The notes beneath the pieces were generated by a model that did not search any database, was not told where the DNA came from, and worked only from the letters and a program-made list of their open reading frames with translations. Source: the human T2T-CHM13v2.0 reference genome, Homo sapiens. From it: a DNA stretch of 64,000 bases. Shown one piece after another: positions 1-12,181 of the stretch (the stretch's first letter is position 1; each line of letters begins with the position of its first letter). The position numbers and the translations under genes were made by a program. Where the stretch lies: NCBI RefSeq assembly GCF_009914755.1, contig NC_060934.1. The stretch is one strand, 5' to 3'.

Positions 1-599
1 GCAGCGTGGCAGGAGGGGGCAGAGAGCTGGAGGCAGCGTCTGCCTGGGGATGGGGGCTAGAGGTAGACACCGGGAGAGGCAGATCTAGAGGGAGACTGAG
101 AGAACAGAGACAGGGGCATGAGAGAGACAAACGGAAATTGAGGCAAGAAGAGATCAGATCAGGGAGATACAGGCGCCTGGGAAGGCAGAGAGTAGGAAGC
201 AGAAATAGTGCTAAAGATGGAGACAAGTGGAGAAGGAACTGCAGAGATTCGGCCCTGGGCTGGCTACCACCCCCATACTCCCTGAAGGCCTCCCTGAATC
301 CTGCAGACATACTCCCTGCTTGGAAGCCTAGCAGCTGGCCCAGCTAGGAAGAAAGGTAAGAAGGTGCCTCAGGCCAACCCACCAGCAACAAAAATGTCTG
401 GACCTCTGGGGCTTACGGAGGGGTTCAGGACCTAGGATTCCTAGGTGTGCAGCTCTGTAGGAAACAGCTTTCTCCCTGATGTCAAGATTTGGGAACTTGG
501 AGTGGTGCTATTTCTCTCAAAAATAATATCTTTTTAAAAACAAAATGTTGCTTTCTCCCATTTAAAAATAACCTTTTCCCACCCCTGCTACCTCATTAC

Positions 600-1020
600 A
601 AAAGAAAACAATGCAAGCTCATCATGGAGAACATGGAAAATATGAAAAGATACAGGAAAAAAATAAAACATGAATTGTAATCACATCACCTAATGATAGC
701 CACTGCTAGGAATTTGATGGTTTTCCTTTCAGTCTTTTATCAATGCATAGAGCTATATAATTAGCAGTAATATGTCATAAGCATTTTACTAAATATTATT
801 TGACACTACCACTTTTATTAGTGTATATATTCTAATATGTGGACAAGGCTTTCTTTATTGAGGTAATCTATGGTTGAATATTTAGGTTGCATGTAACTTT
901 GCTACTATGAACAATGCTTTAATAAATATCTTTCTGCCTACATCTGCCTGAGTTTCTGAATATTTCTTCAGAATATATTTAAAGGAGATTTACCGTGTCA
1001 AAACTATGAACATTTTTAGA
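600..1020 (-). mobile_element. Ancient L1 (L1ME-like) 3' fragment
   Basis: AT-rich, with antisense L1M 3' motifs such as 'atatttaggttgcatgtaactttgctactatgaacaatgctttaataaatatc'. Confidence 0.6.
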
Positions 1021-1023
1021 GCA

Positions 1024-1072
1024 TACATACACACACATATGAATACACACACACACACACACATACACACAC
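1024..1072. repeat. (CA)n microsatellite, left part
   Basis: Imperfect CA run, directly visible. Confidence 0.9.
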
Positions 1073-1470
1073 TGATATGGTTTGGATCTAAGTCTCCACC
1101 CAAATCTCATGTCAAATTGTAATCCCCAGTGTTTGAGGTGGGACCCGGTGGGAGGTAATTGGATTATGAGGCAGATTTCCCCTTTGGTACTATCCTCAAG
1201 ATAGTGAGTGAGTTCTTGTGAGATCTGGTTGTTTTAAAGTGTGTGGCACCTTCTTCCTTTCTCATTTCCTCCTGCTTGGGCCATGTAAGACGTGCCTGCT
1301 TCCCCTTCCTTTTGCAACATGATTGTAAGTTTCCTGAGGCCTCTCCAGAAGCTATTGGTGCTGTGCTTCCTGTACAGCCTGCAGAACCATGAATCAATCA
1401 AACCTTTTTTCTTTATAAATTTCCCAGTCTCAGGTATTTCTTTATAGCAATGTGAGAATGAACTAATACA
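1073..1470 (+). mobile_element. MaLR solo LTR, MSTA-like
   Basis: Starts TGATATGGTTTGG and ends ...GTATTTCTTTATAGCAATGTGAGAATGAACTAATACA; ~400 bp; CACAC on both flanks. Confidence 0.92.
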
Positions 1471-1476
1471 CACACG

Positions 1477-1510
<34 letters not shown>
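1471..1510. repeat. (CA)n microsatellite, right part
   Basis: CA run, directly visible. Confidence 0.9.
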
Positions 1511-1512
<2 letters not shown>

Positions 1513-1639
1513 TCTTCAAATTGGCCCCCAGGAATAATGTACAATTAAACTTCTAGTGCAGTTTAGACCCAAGTGCTGATGACAGAGGATTTGCTAGTTA
1601 ATGACAGTCCTCTGTAGCTTGTAAGGTAAGTTGAGATAG

Positions 1640-1745
1640 GTGGGAGGTAAGTATAATTATCTCCATTTTTTCAAAGGAAGAAACTGAGGCCCAGAGAGGT
1701 TTAGTGACTTGGCCAACACCTGAAATGGAACTAAGTGGTCTTCTC
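1640..1745 (-). mobile_element. MIR SINE fragment
   Basis: MIR core 'gaaactgaggcccagagaggtttagtgacttggcc'. Confidence 0.8.
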
Positions 1746-1834
1746 TACTGGTTTCCCCATTCCAGTCATACCATCAGCACCCAGGGTCAGACCTTCACGG
1801 GCTCTAGCTTGGATTACCCCGGAACCACCTTGCC

Positions 1835-2023
1835 ATTGTGGTAGCCACTAGCCACATATGGCTATTTACATTTATATTTATTAAAATAAAACACAATTTA
1901 AAAAATTAGCTCCTCTGTCTCTTTGACCACATTTCAAATGCTTAAGAACTATAGATGGCTACCATGTTGGATAGTACAGATACGAAGCATTTCCATCATA
2001 GAAAGTTCTATTGAACAGCATTG
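1835..2023. mobile_element. hAT-Charlie DNA transposon, MER3-like
   Basis: 'gtagccactagccacatatggctattt' ... 'catttccatcatagaaagttctattgaacagcattg'. Confidence 0.8.
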
Positions 2024-2369
2024 CTCTAGAAGGTTGGCGTTCTGTCTTCTGGTATGGCTTCTCCCACCCCCACTCCCTCACACCAACTATCACTCATTCT
2101 ATACACCATGGGTGTATCAGACATCCTGAACACATAAATTTGATCATATCACTCACCAGTCCAAAACCCTTATTGATCTTGTTACCTGTTATCTGCCACA
2201 TTAAGAGGAAGCACAAATCCACAACTACCTTTGCTCTTCATCTCCATGCTTTTCTGAAAAATTATTACACACTGGCTATGCCTGGACTGAGGTCCTATAG
2301 GCACAGAGATGGACTAAGCATGGACTCTATACTCAATGAGCCCACGATTTGATGGGTTAAAATAATACA

Positions 2370-2572
2370 CACTGCCTGGCCTCCTGCCCTGCTTTATTAT
2401 TCCTGATAGCACTTAACCACAGCCAGCATTTATTTATTGCCTGTTGCTTCCACTAGAATGCATGCTTCATGAGGGCAGTGGCTTTTTATGATTTGTTGAC
2501 TTCTATATACACAGAGCCTACTGAAGTGCTTGGCACTTAGGAGTTGCAAAACAAATATCTGTGAATGAATAA
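2370..2572 (+). mobile_element. L2 LINE 3' end
   Basis: 'ccactagaatg...catgagggcag...gtgcttggcacttagg...aaatatctgtgaatgaataa'. Confidence 0.8.
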
Positions 2573-3229
2573 CTACATTTCAGGATATTGAGCTTCCAAT
2601 TCTTTCTGATGGGCTAGAAAAATTGGAAATGAAGCAATGCTCCACCACAGGAGTTTGCACCTCGAGCCTATAATGTTTGAAATCTGACCTGTATTCCCTC
2701 TTGATACTCAAATGCCAGGATATTGCATTTCTGCAAACAACCACCATTCCCTACATTGTTGGGATAGAGAAAAAGAAATAATACAAGACACATTTTATGG
2801 CAACTACTTGGTCCAAAGGAGCCTCCCAGGTGGGACTCTCTCCTACTTGTAAAGGTAAATCAAGCACTCAATCCTTGCAAGTTACCCAGCAGGGAAGTTC
2901 AAGGAGAATATTCACCAAACTTTCAGAAGCTGGGGTCAAAAGAAATGAAATAAGCAACTCTCTGCAACTCTTCTGCTTTAATTTTTGAGAAGTTTTTTAA
3001 ATAATAGGGAGCATTCAGTTTAAGCAGTTAGAATCCTTTTTTGTTTGCCTCTTCATTTTTGGCACTAATGGCAGTAATGGAGCAAGGAACTGCTTAAGGA
3101 ACAGTTTAAGGAAGACTACTGACAATGGTAGTGGCAGAACTTAGATCTTCAGACATACCATACAGAATCCCCCCATCTTTGCCCTGTTTTCCTTCATCTT
3201 TACCTTTATTCAGAATCTTCTTATCAAAT

Positions 3230-3900
3230 AGGAAACACTTTCATCTCCTTCTGTTGATTTTTTTTAAAACCAGTTGAAAAGCCTCTATCTTTTAATAGGA
3301 ACATTTAGTCCATTCACTTTCAGTGTAATATTTTTACACATTTTTTTCCTGACAGTTGGATTTATGTTTACTATTTATTTTTTGTTTCCTCTATTTTATT
3401 TTCTTGATTTTTACTCCACTTTTCTATTCCATTGATGGTTTCCTTCTATTTTTTTTACACTTATAATTGAACACATGCTTTTCCATTATATAAAAACAAA
3501 ATGCCATTATTTTCACTACTGTTTTCTTCTTTACTCCAAGATCATATGGCCTTTAACATATTTTTAATTCCCCACTCTTTGTTTCTACAGATGAGAACTT
3601 TAAAACTCATTTACCTGTACCTTCTTTTCCCATGCCCCACAAAGTTCTAGTTTTTCCCAAAAGAGTTTTATTATAATTAGTTCCAGACTGTTATTAGATT
3701 TTCCCAATACTTTGTCATTTCTATTTCAAGATCTTTATTTAGTACTTTCCTTACACATTCCAAGAAACTCTATAATTATCCATTTAAATTTAACCATATA
3801 TACATTAATTATTCACTGCTCTTTCTCTCTCTTCCTTAAACTGTTAAAGGAATTCTCTTCCCCTCGCCCCAATCTCCCACAGTCTCTGTTCTGATCCCCC
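3230..3900 (-). mobile_element. Ancient L1M fragment
   Basis: T-rich, with 'tttaataggaacatttagtccattcactttcagtgtaa' typical of antisense L1M. Confidence 0.5.
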
Positions 3901-3946
3901 TTTTATTTCTGGTCAGAATCCTTCTTTTATTTCTGTCCTTAGATGG

Positions 3947-4340
3947 TATAGTGGTTTTAAAATAAGTCCAAAACTTCTTTGATACTCCTTCCTTCATGAG
4001 GTAGAGCTTAGTTCCCTCCTCTTGCATGTGGGTTGGACTAGCTTCTAATGTGTAGAATGGAGAAGTAGTGTGACTTCTCAGAGTAGGCCATAAAAAGCAT
4101 TGCAGTTTCCTCTTTGCTGTCTCTTTTGGATCATGAGCTCTGGAGAAAGCCAGTCACCATATTTTGAAGACACTCAGGCAGCCCTATGGAGACATCCACA
4201 TGGGGAGAAATGTAGGCCCCCTACAATCAGCCAGCAAGGACTGAGGCCTTCTTCTATCAGCCATGGGAATCAGTCATCTTGGAAGCAGATCTCCCAGTCT
4301 CACTCAAGTCTCCAGATAACTGCAGATGGCAAATCATCAG
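3947..4340 (+). mobile_element. MaLR LTR, MLT1F-like, 3'-truncated
   Basis: 'gtggttttaaaataagtccaaaacttctttgatactcctt', 'gtgacttctcagagtaggccataaaaagc', 'ggagacatccacatggggagaa'. Confidence 0.8.
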
Positions 4341-5347
4341 AACCCCTGTTGAGACACCCAGAGGAAGCCTCTTTGTCTTCTCATTATCTCCTGAACACAG
4401 CACACCTGTTCAGTTCCCCCTGCAACTTCTCAGAGGCCAGGAAGACCAGCAGGTTCCCTCAGGAATGTTCAGGCTGGCCTATGAGGTCCTTCTGCTGGAA
4501 TCTCCAGGGGTTGAGGTCACTCCAGGATCTTCTATTGTTCTGTTCTTCTCCTCGGTACTCTCAGCTGCTGAAACCCAAACTCTTGCCTAGACCAGACGGG
4601 AAATGGAATTCCATGCTTTCTGTCAGATTTTGGAAATTTGCTCACAATTTTCAGATCCTGTTGCTCACTGACCCTAGCACTGACTAACTCTGGAGGAGCT
4701 GTTATCGAATTCAATGGGGAGGGAAGCCGTTTCCTTCCCAGAGTGCCATCTCTCCACTGGCATAACCCATTGCTCCTTTGTGAGACTGAGTCCCCTGTCC
4801 TCAAAATACTCAATTCATTGTCTTGGATGCAGCCGACCTTGACATAGACTATGTAGGCTGGTGGATGCCAAGGATCATATTTCACTCATTTCACTCTCCC
4901 TCATTCTCCTAGCACCTACCTAGTACCACCAGAGACTTGTGAAATAGAGCTTATTGTTTTCTCTGGTGGCTTGAATAAAACACTGTTCCTCCCCTTTTGT
5001 AGAGAAGGGTACTGGAGTGCCTACCTGGGGTCCCAAAGACATATGCTCTTGGGGTAGTTGGAATTTGGGATGAGGTTGCACTCAATCATCCCTATTATCT
5101 TGCCTGGATTCTCCTGCAATAGCATATTTGCTTCAGGAGTTTACAAAAGGTATAAAGTATGATCCATTGGGCTGGAGAAGAGGGGCTGAGTCTCTGTTTT
5201 GTGCAATCCATATTGGTTCTAACCCACTTCTAAGAGTCTATCTGGAGGCCTTCAAGGCCTCCCCATACTGGACATGGTGAGCATTGACCTGGCAGGTGGT
5301 TCTCCAGCAGTGTTCTGGGAGCATTGTTCTCCCTGGGCTACAGTGTT

Positions 5348-5502
5348 GATGTCTCCATAAGGCTGCCTGAGTGTCTTCAAAATATGGGGACTGGCTTCCT
5401 CCATAGTTATTGATCCAAAAGAGACAGCAAAGAGGAAACCACAATGCTTTTCATGGCCTACTCTGAGAAGTCACACTACTTCTCCATTCTACTCATTAGA
5501 AG
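5348..5502 (-). repeat. Inverted copy of 4042-4196 (MLT1 sequence)
   Basis: The reverse complement aligns without gaps to 4042-4196, with about 11 mismatches in 155 bp. Confidence 0.95.
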
Positions 5503-5806
5503 GCAATTGATGTCAAATATGTTTAGAAAACTTGCCAACTATGTCATAGAGTACATGTGGATATTACATAAACAAACACAAAGCAGGTAACCAGTAAAGA
5601 AACCTATTTAAATGTATTAAACCAAAATGTCCCAAACATACATGACCACTGATTTCATTCCCCTTTCCAGCATATATTGCCCAACAGCAACCTGTGGAAG
5701 TATTTTCTGTGGATAATACTTTGGGAAACACAGGGATCCTGAAGCTCCAAGGGACCTTGGAGTTCACATGGAGTCCAGTTTTTCCCTTTAACTCGGAGGT
5801 CTAAAT

Positions 5807-5972
5807 CAGTAGCTCTCAAAGTGTGGTCCCCAGACCAATGTCACCTGGGAACCTTCTGAAAATTCAGATTCTCAGGCACCACTCAGGCCTAGAGAATCAG
5901 AAGCTCTGGGGGTGGGGTCCTACAGGCTGCATTTTTAAGTCCCACCAGGTAATTTCAGTCTGAGAACCACTC
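5807..5972. mobile_element. MER5A hAT-Charlie MITE
   Basis: 'cagtagctctcaaagtgtggtcccc...cagattctcaggc...gaatcagaagctctgggggtggggtcc...tgagaaccact'. Confidence 0.85.
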
Positions 5973-5989
5973 CCAGTGGACTGAGAAGC

Positions 5990-6200
5990 AAGCTCAAGCC
6001 CCATTGTCTGGGTTTAATTTCTACCCCTGCTACTTAGTACCTTTGTGACCTTGGGTGAGCTTTCCAAATTCCCGTGTGAAATAGTATCCATCTCATGGGG
6101 TGGTCATAAGCATTCGGTGAATTAAAATATAGAAAGCGCTTGGAGCAGTATCTGCAATGTGTTAATTGCCATTGTGTTCCTGATTATTGCCATTATTGAA
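5990..6200 (+). mobile_element. MIR SINE
   Basis: 'ctgggtttaatttc...tgtgaccttggg...' with a tail resembling 'aaagcgcttggagcagtatctg'. Confidence 0.75.
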
Positions 6201-7076
6201 TAGTTCCTCTGAATTTACACTGAAAGGAAAAGTAGAGTGTTATTGAGACCTACTATGTGATAGGAACTAAGGTATGGGTTGGCAAGGGAGGGTTGCAAGT
6301 TGGCATCTTAAAATTCTGATATCTGATTACTGACCTTACAGAACACAAGACATTCCTGTGCCAGGAAATGTTTTGCACTGTGACATTCTAGGAAGTATCT
6401 TTTCATTACAAGCCATGGTGCTTCATTATAAACTACTGATTTTGTGAGATGAGGAACTCAGAGGGAGTAGGATCACTTCCAGCTGTATTTTCTGCACCAG
6501 CTTCTGGTAGTGACTGGAATCCCAGCTTCAGCTTCAGCAAATGGCTTTTGACTCCACAGAGAAGGCCCTCCTCTAGGCACTTGCACAGAGAATCTCCTTT
6601 CAGTTTGTGTTACAATAAACCCAATGACATAGTAACCTCTGCAATTTGACCAAGGTTGCTCTGTGGCAGAGCTGGGATTTGAACACAAAGCCTCCAACTC
6701 TCTGCCTAGTGTTCCCACCACAACATTAGGGTATGTTCCATCTGGAGGACCCTTAGAGAGAGAGCATCAAGTTCAACCAGCTCAATTTGCAGAGAGAAGG
6801 TTGAAGTGAAAGGGAGCCTGTAGCTGGCTTAAGGCTGTACAGCACTGGAGTGGATGGGCTATAGCAAAAGCTGAGCTCTGCTCCTCTAAACTCAGTGCCT
6901 TTCACTTCAAGACATGGTGAGTCCCCAGCCTGACTCCTGCGGTTAGACATAGTGTGCGGGCTGGCTCTTGCGGATTTTTCTATTCTTTTCCAATCATCAT
7001 GCCATGAGGGAGAAGGACTAGTCACCTGAGGTGGGGTGGGTGTGGATTTGCTGTCAATGGCCTTGTCCTACCGCAG

Positions 7077-7141
7077 ATGTCCCTCTCTGGGACACGCTTG
7101 GTTGAAAATCTGCAGAAAGCTCTGGGAAAGCCAAACAAAAG
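7077..7141 (+). other. Candidate 65-nt spliced exon (lncRNA or unannotated)
   Basis: Acceptor ccttgtcctaccgcag|A and a perfect donor AAG|GTAAGT, in repeat-free sequence. Confidence 0.35.
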
Positions 7142-7574
7142 GTAAGTAGAATGGGCCACAGGGGGCCCATTAGCTTCCTGGAGCCTCACGGAACATTCCC
7201 AGGAGAGATCATTGCTGGGAGTGTGTGATCAGCGCAGGCACCATCACAGGCAGCTGCTGGCATATTAATATTCCAGATAAATGGCTTTTGGCTCAGGCAA
7301 AAGATCCTGCTTTGGAGCAGGTTTCTTTTTGAAGCTCCTAAGAGGGGCAGCTTGCAAAAGAAGGCGAAGGAAAAAGACAGCTTTGCAGAATGATTCCACT
7401 CAAAACCCTCTGCTCCCATCCATCTCTGTTTATTTTGTTCCTCTGCCTCTCCTGATTCATGGCAGGCTCACAAAAAAGGCGAGAGAGAGCTCAGCTGCAC
7501 ACATCCTCAGGGAGGAAGACAGTCGGCAATTACTCAGGACACTAAAGCGGCCGTCTGCACAACCCATCAGCTTT

Positions 7575-7780
7575 GGAGCCTCACCACATTGTGCTTGAAT
7601 CCTAGCTCTGCCATTTCCCAGCTATGTGACCTTGGCTGGATCTCTCAACCTTGTTGAGCCTCAGTTTTCTTGACTGTAAAATGGGAGAGGATAATGTTTT
7701 CCTTAAAGGGTGGCTGAGGATTAAATGCAGCCAGGTGCTTAGCACAATGCCTGCTGGTAGGTGAAGGTAGGTGCCATTAT
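7575..7780 (+). mobile_element. MIR SINE
   Basis: 'ttgaatcctagctctgccatttcccagctatgtgaccttgg...gagcctcagttttcttgactgtaaaatggg'. Confidence 0.9.
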
Positions 7781-8439
7781 CACAAAGGTGGCAGCTCAGA
7801 GCAAACAGAGCTAGCCGAGTGTCCTGAGCAGGGCTGGTGACATTTATTCCCTGCAGTGAACCTGTTCACTGGCTGCTGAGGGCCCTGCTTCTTGTGCTGG
7901 ATCATCCGGAGTGTGTCCAGATGTTTCAAACTTAGGGAAACTCCAGCCTAAAGTCCTTTAAATCTAATTTTATAGGTTCAGAATCTGAGACCCAGAGAGT
8001 GACTTGCTCAAGCTCACATAGCAAATTAGATGCTAGAGTGGAACAAAGCCTTGTTTTTTCCTGTCTTTCTCGGCATATAAGATACATTCTCCGAAGGAGC
8101 CTTACTACTTGAGGCCTTTCTCTCTTTCCCTGAAGCCCTGCACTTAGAAAGGGCCATATTTGTCACTGCAGGTCTATGTCTAGCAGACCAGACCAGGCCA
8201 GACTGGCAGAGGGGGCATATGATGTAGATGTTCGCAGACCTTGTCTGCAGGGAGGTCACCTGGTGAGCTGTTCAGAAATGGGTCTCCAGTCCCACCCCTA
8301 GAGTAACTGGGGCGGGGAGCGGTGTAGGCTGGGTCCCAGAAATCTGTGTCCACAATGTTCCCCTGAGAGCTCTGTGAGGAAAAGGTGGGGGGCCTCCTGG
8401 CCTGGAAGGTCCTCATCCCCCACCACCAGGAGGGGTATT

Positions 8440-8620
8440 GCTCCTGATTCTTGGGTGACCCTGAGCAAGTTACCTGTCTTAGATTCAGTTTCCTCATCTG
8501 TGCCATGGAAGGCAAATGCTCCTTTTCTCAGGGATTGTGGGAGCCAAACAGAAAAATATGTGGCAGTGTGTCTACCCCAACACCTGGTTGGGGTAGATAC
8601 ATGAAATGCTTGCTCAGGCA
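8440..8620 (+). mobile_element. MIR SINE
   Basis: 'gtgaccctgagcaagttacct...tcagtttcctcatctgt'. Confidence 0.75.
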
Positions 8621-9849
8621 AGTCCAGGAGTGCCCAGCACAGCACCCAGACCAGCATGTCCCATGGAGGGACATCACCCCATCTTCTGTGGTGACCAGAG
8701 GCAGGTTTTCAGTGCAGATCTAGGCCTGGACTGGGCCCCCAGCAGGGCTGGCCAAGGTACTGAGCCTCAGGATGTGGGATACAAGGCATGATAGACATGC
8801 AGAACAATGACAGCAACAATAGGGCAGTTATGTGTGCTTACCATGAACCACACATGCACCAGGCACGCTGGACAGTCAGTCATTTCTCCTTTACCTGGGA
8901 CACAGGAGGGAGCCCCATTTGACAGTGGAGGACAGGTACCTAAGGGCCATGCCCACGGTCTCACAGGGGCATAATGCCTGGTCCCTCTAGCCTTGGTGGC
9001 TCCTGCCTCCAGCTGTGGAGGAAAGGGCTGCTGGGGCACTGAGGAGATGTTCCCCAAGGTGGCCGCCAGCATTTTGGGCTGCAGATTCAGGGACACAGGA
9101 GCTCAAGGCTCGGCACTGGGCCAGGGTTTGAGTAGGCAAGTCTCACACCTCTCACACGCTTGAGCCCCATATGTGTTCATGACCAGAAAAAGATGCTGCT
9201 CCAGGCCTGGCTGCCTCATAGAACCAGTGAGAGGGCCTCAGGAGAGGAAGAACTTGACAGCCCCTGAGGAATATAAAGCAATTTTCAATGTCAGGAAGAA
9301 GATGCTAAGGATACAGAAGGAGTGGGAGGAGAGAAATGCATTGCTCCAAGTCCAAGAAAATGATCATTATCAAAAGCCCAATTTGAGCTCTTCCATGTAC
9401 CCAGCATGTCCAGGGCTGGGACATGATCCATTCACCAACAATATCCCATCCCCCTCAGCAAACACACAGTGCTGTCTCTGCCCTTTCCCCTGAGGACAGT
9501 CCAGTGTCTTGGGCACCTGTGCACCACTGCTCCTCAGCCATTGGGGACCACAGTGCATCCTGAGAGTTTCTCACTGGGACCAGACAGAGCTCAAGAGGGA
9601 TGTCCCGACTTTTGGGGGTGGACGGCCACCAGACTAGGACTGATGCCTCATTTCTAGGAGACGTGCAGGAAATACCAAGGCCACTGAGGAGTGAATCACC
9701 ATCTAAGTCTCCTGGAACTGTCAGGAGGAAGGAGCCTCGAAAAGATCAACCTGAGATCAGGCCAGGGCATATGCTTCACCTACTGCCACATGGTTTGCCA
9801 GGGCTTCATCCATGAGGTCATATTACTGTGCCTCTGAGTTTGATAGCAA

Positions 9850-10110
9850 TCATTTAATTCTAAGAGTCTATGACCCTCCGGCATTCGGTTCCACCATCCA
9901 TCCACTGCTTACCGGCATTCAGAGTATCCTTGGGAAGCAGACTTCAGTCCCTAATTGCATACCTCTCATCACAGGGAATCATTCTCTCCCTTGCCAGCCA
10001 TTTCATCTCCCAATGGCTCTGGCCTTGTTAGAAAATTGTTTCTAGTGGGAGCTAATATGTCTGTCTCTCTGGGGACCCACCCGCTCTTGCTGTCCCCTTT
10101 AGAGATCTTG
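9850..10110 (-). mobile_element. L3/CR1 LINE 3' fragment
   Basis: Resembles the antisense L3 3' end: 'gcagccatttcatc...gctctggccttgttagaaaattgtttct...acccacccgctcttgctgtcccc'. Confidence 0.55.
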
Positions 10111-10847
10111 GAGGTGAAGTCTTGCCCTTCTCTGCATCCTCATGAAACAGGGAGTGACCAGAGACATGAGATGCACCATCTGTATCAAACTCCTAGGGAG
10201 CATTAGGCAATTTTGTTTTCACTCTTTTCTGTAGAACTTTCCCATCTCTTAGCAAATGAAGGCAGGTCTGATGCTGTTATTCCTATTTTATTGATGAAAA
10301 CAATGAAGCACAGAGCAGGTAACTGAACATCGAAGGCCACGTGTTGATAAGTTGAAGAAGTGGACCTGAGATTCAGGTCATCATCCTCTAAGCCTGAGGC
10401 TATCTAGGATGTATTGTGTGAGGTTCAGGGTCTGAATTGCAGGGGGTTCTGGGGTGTCCCACTGTCCTTCAGGGAACTTGGCCTCGTCACACCTTTTCTG
10501 ACCAGCACAGAGCCCCCTGCCCTGTGTGACCTTAGGAGCAGGGGACATTTTATTTCTTAGAATAGGGCCAGACAGCCCAGGCTGCTGGCTTTCCTCCAGC
10601 AATTCTTGGGGCTGCTTCAAGCAGAAATGTCTGGAAACTTGTGGAGTTCATGAGTAAATGGCTTCATGGAAGTGCCTGTTAAAATTTCCTCTGCTGGAGA
10701 CTAAAGTAGACAGAGCCAAAGCCAGTGGGCCTCCCACCTCCCTCACGGTACCCCTGGGTCTCATTCCTCTTTCACTCCAGCCCAGCCCTGGAAAACCCAC
10801 ACCCTTGTCTAAACACCAGCACCAAGCCGACCCAAGCAGAGACCATA

Positions 10848-11228
10848 TGTGTTAGATTATATTATTGTTTAAAATATTTGCTGGTCTTTTCCACGGAAGA
10901 TTATTCCTCCCTACCCCATTAGGCTTGGCCATTTGATTTGATTTAGCCAATGAAATGTGAGCAGAAGTGAAGTGTGCTACTTCTGAACAGAAGTATTAAG
11001 AGCTATGGAGTTCTACTCTGTTTTTCCTCAGCCATGAGACTAGATATGCTCCAGATAGAGGCTGCTCCCTCTGCCCAGTACTGGAATGACAATGGCATAG
11101 AACAGAGCTGCATATCGTCAGAAAGGATATAGAACTCAAGTGAGAACTAAGCCTTTGCTGCTGTAGGTCACTGAGAGTTGAGAGTTATTTGTTACTGCAA
11201 CATAACTTAGACAAGCCTGACTGATACA
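10848..11228 (+). mobile_element. MaLR solo LTR, MLT1I/J-like
   Basis: TG...CA ends; 'ttagccaatgaaatgtgagcagaagtga'; end 'ttgttactgcaacataacttagacaagcctgactgataca'; near-TSD ccata/ccaga. Confidence 0.85.
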
Positions 11229-12181
11229 CCAGACATGGCAGGAGGTAATGTGTTGTCAAGACAGATGGGCCCTAGGGTTCCTCCAGAGCAAATCTCCCAT
11301 GACAAAAAAAAAACCTCCCCATGTGGGAAGAGAGAGAAAATGCCTGCAGGTAGACCCAGAGGTGAGGGAGCTTTATTCCCCCAACTACCCTCTGCAGACT
11401 TCACTGACTCAGAATGTAAAAGGCAGAGTTTGCATTTGCCTCCATCTCCCCACACTTCCCCAGCCAGAAAGCTTATTTGGGGCCTCTGATAGGAATGATG
11501 TGATGCCCAATTTTTACTCAATTATTGATTTTTATCCTCAGGAGAAAATAGTTTGTGATCTTTAAATAAGGAAGGAAAACAGCTCCTGGAATTGATTCCT
11601 GAGTAATTTAATCACCTTTTGTCCAGACAACTCAGAGCTGGCTCAAGGATTAGCCACATATTGATGCATGTACTGAATTTCCAGCTATATCCACATGCAG
11701 AGGGACCTGGGGAGCTTCACTGCCACCCCTTCTCCACCCCTCTGTCTCTTGGGAGAAGCACTGTGCAGAGAACTGCTTTGGACCATACTACCTTCCAAAG
11801 CACCCAGACAGAGGAGTGGGAGGGCCAGTGAGACCACATCCATGCCTTCAAATACAGAAAGGAAACTGATGCTCAGAAAAAGCACACACCAAAAAATCTT
11901 GAGGTGCTGGGATGTGTTATGTAACAGTTTTCCTCATCTATGGAAGAGAAAACAATTGTCTGAGTGGAGATCAGGAGGCTGGGGTCTGACTCCTGCTTTC
12001 TCCCCCGCAGTTGCAGCAATACCTTGGCAAGCTGCTTGTCTTGGAGTCTCAGCGTTACTAACAGAAGGCTGGTTTCTGTCATTCATTTACTCAATCATTC
12101 ACTTAATAATCACTTTCCAAACACCTGCTATCTACCAGACACAGCATATAGATGACAAAAACTAATGAAAGTAAAATGAGG

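Noticed and set aside
4100-4687. 195-aa ORF
   Set aside because: It starts at a non-ATG codon inside an MLT1 LTR, shows no recognisable domain, and is consistent with a chance ORF
9173-9493. Protein-like ORF (…EEYKAIFNVRKKMLRIQKEWEERNALL…) as a possible exon or pseudogene
   Set aside because: No convincing splice sites and no homolog I recognise; purine-rich composition explains the charged residues. A tblastn/PhyloCSF check would settle it
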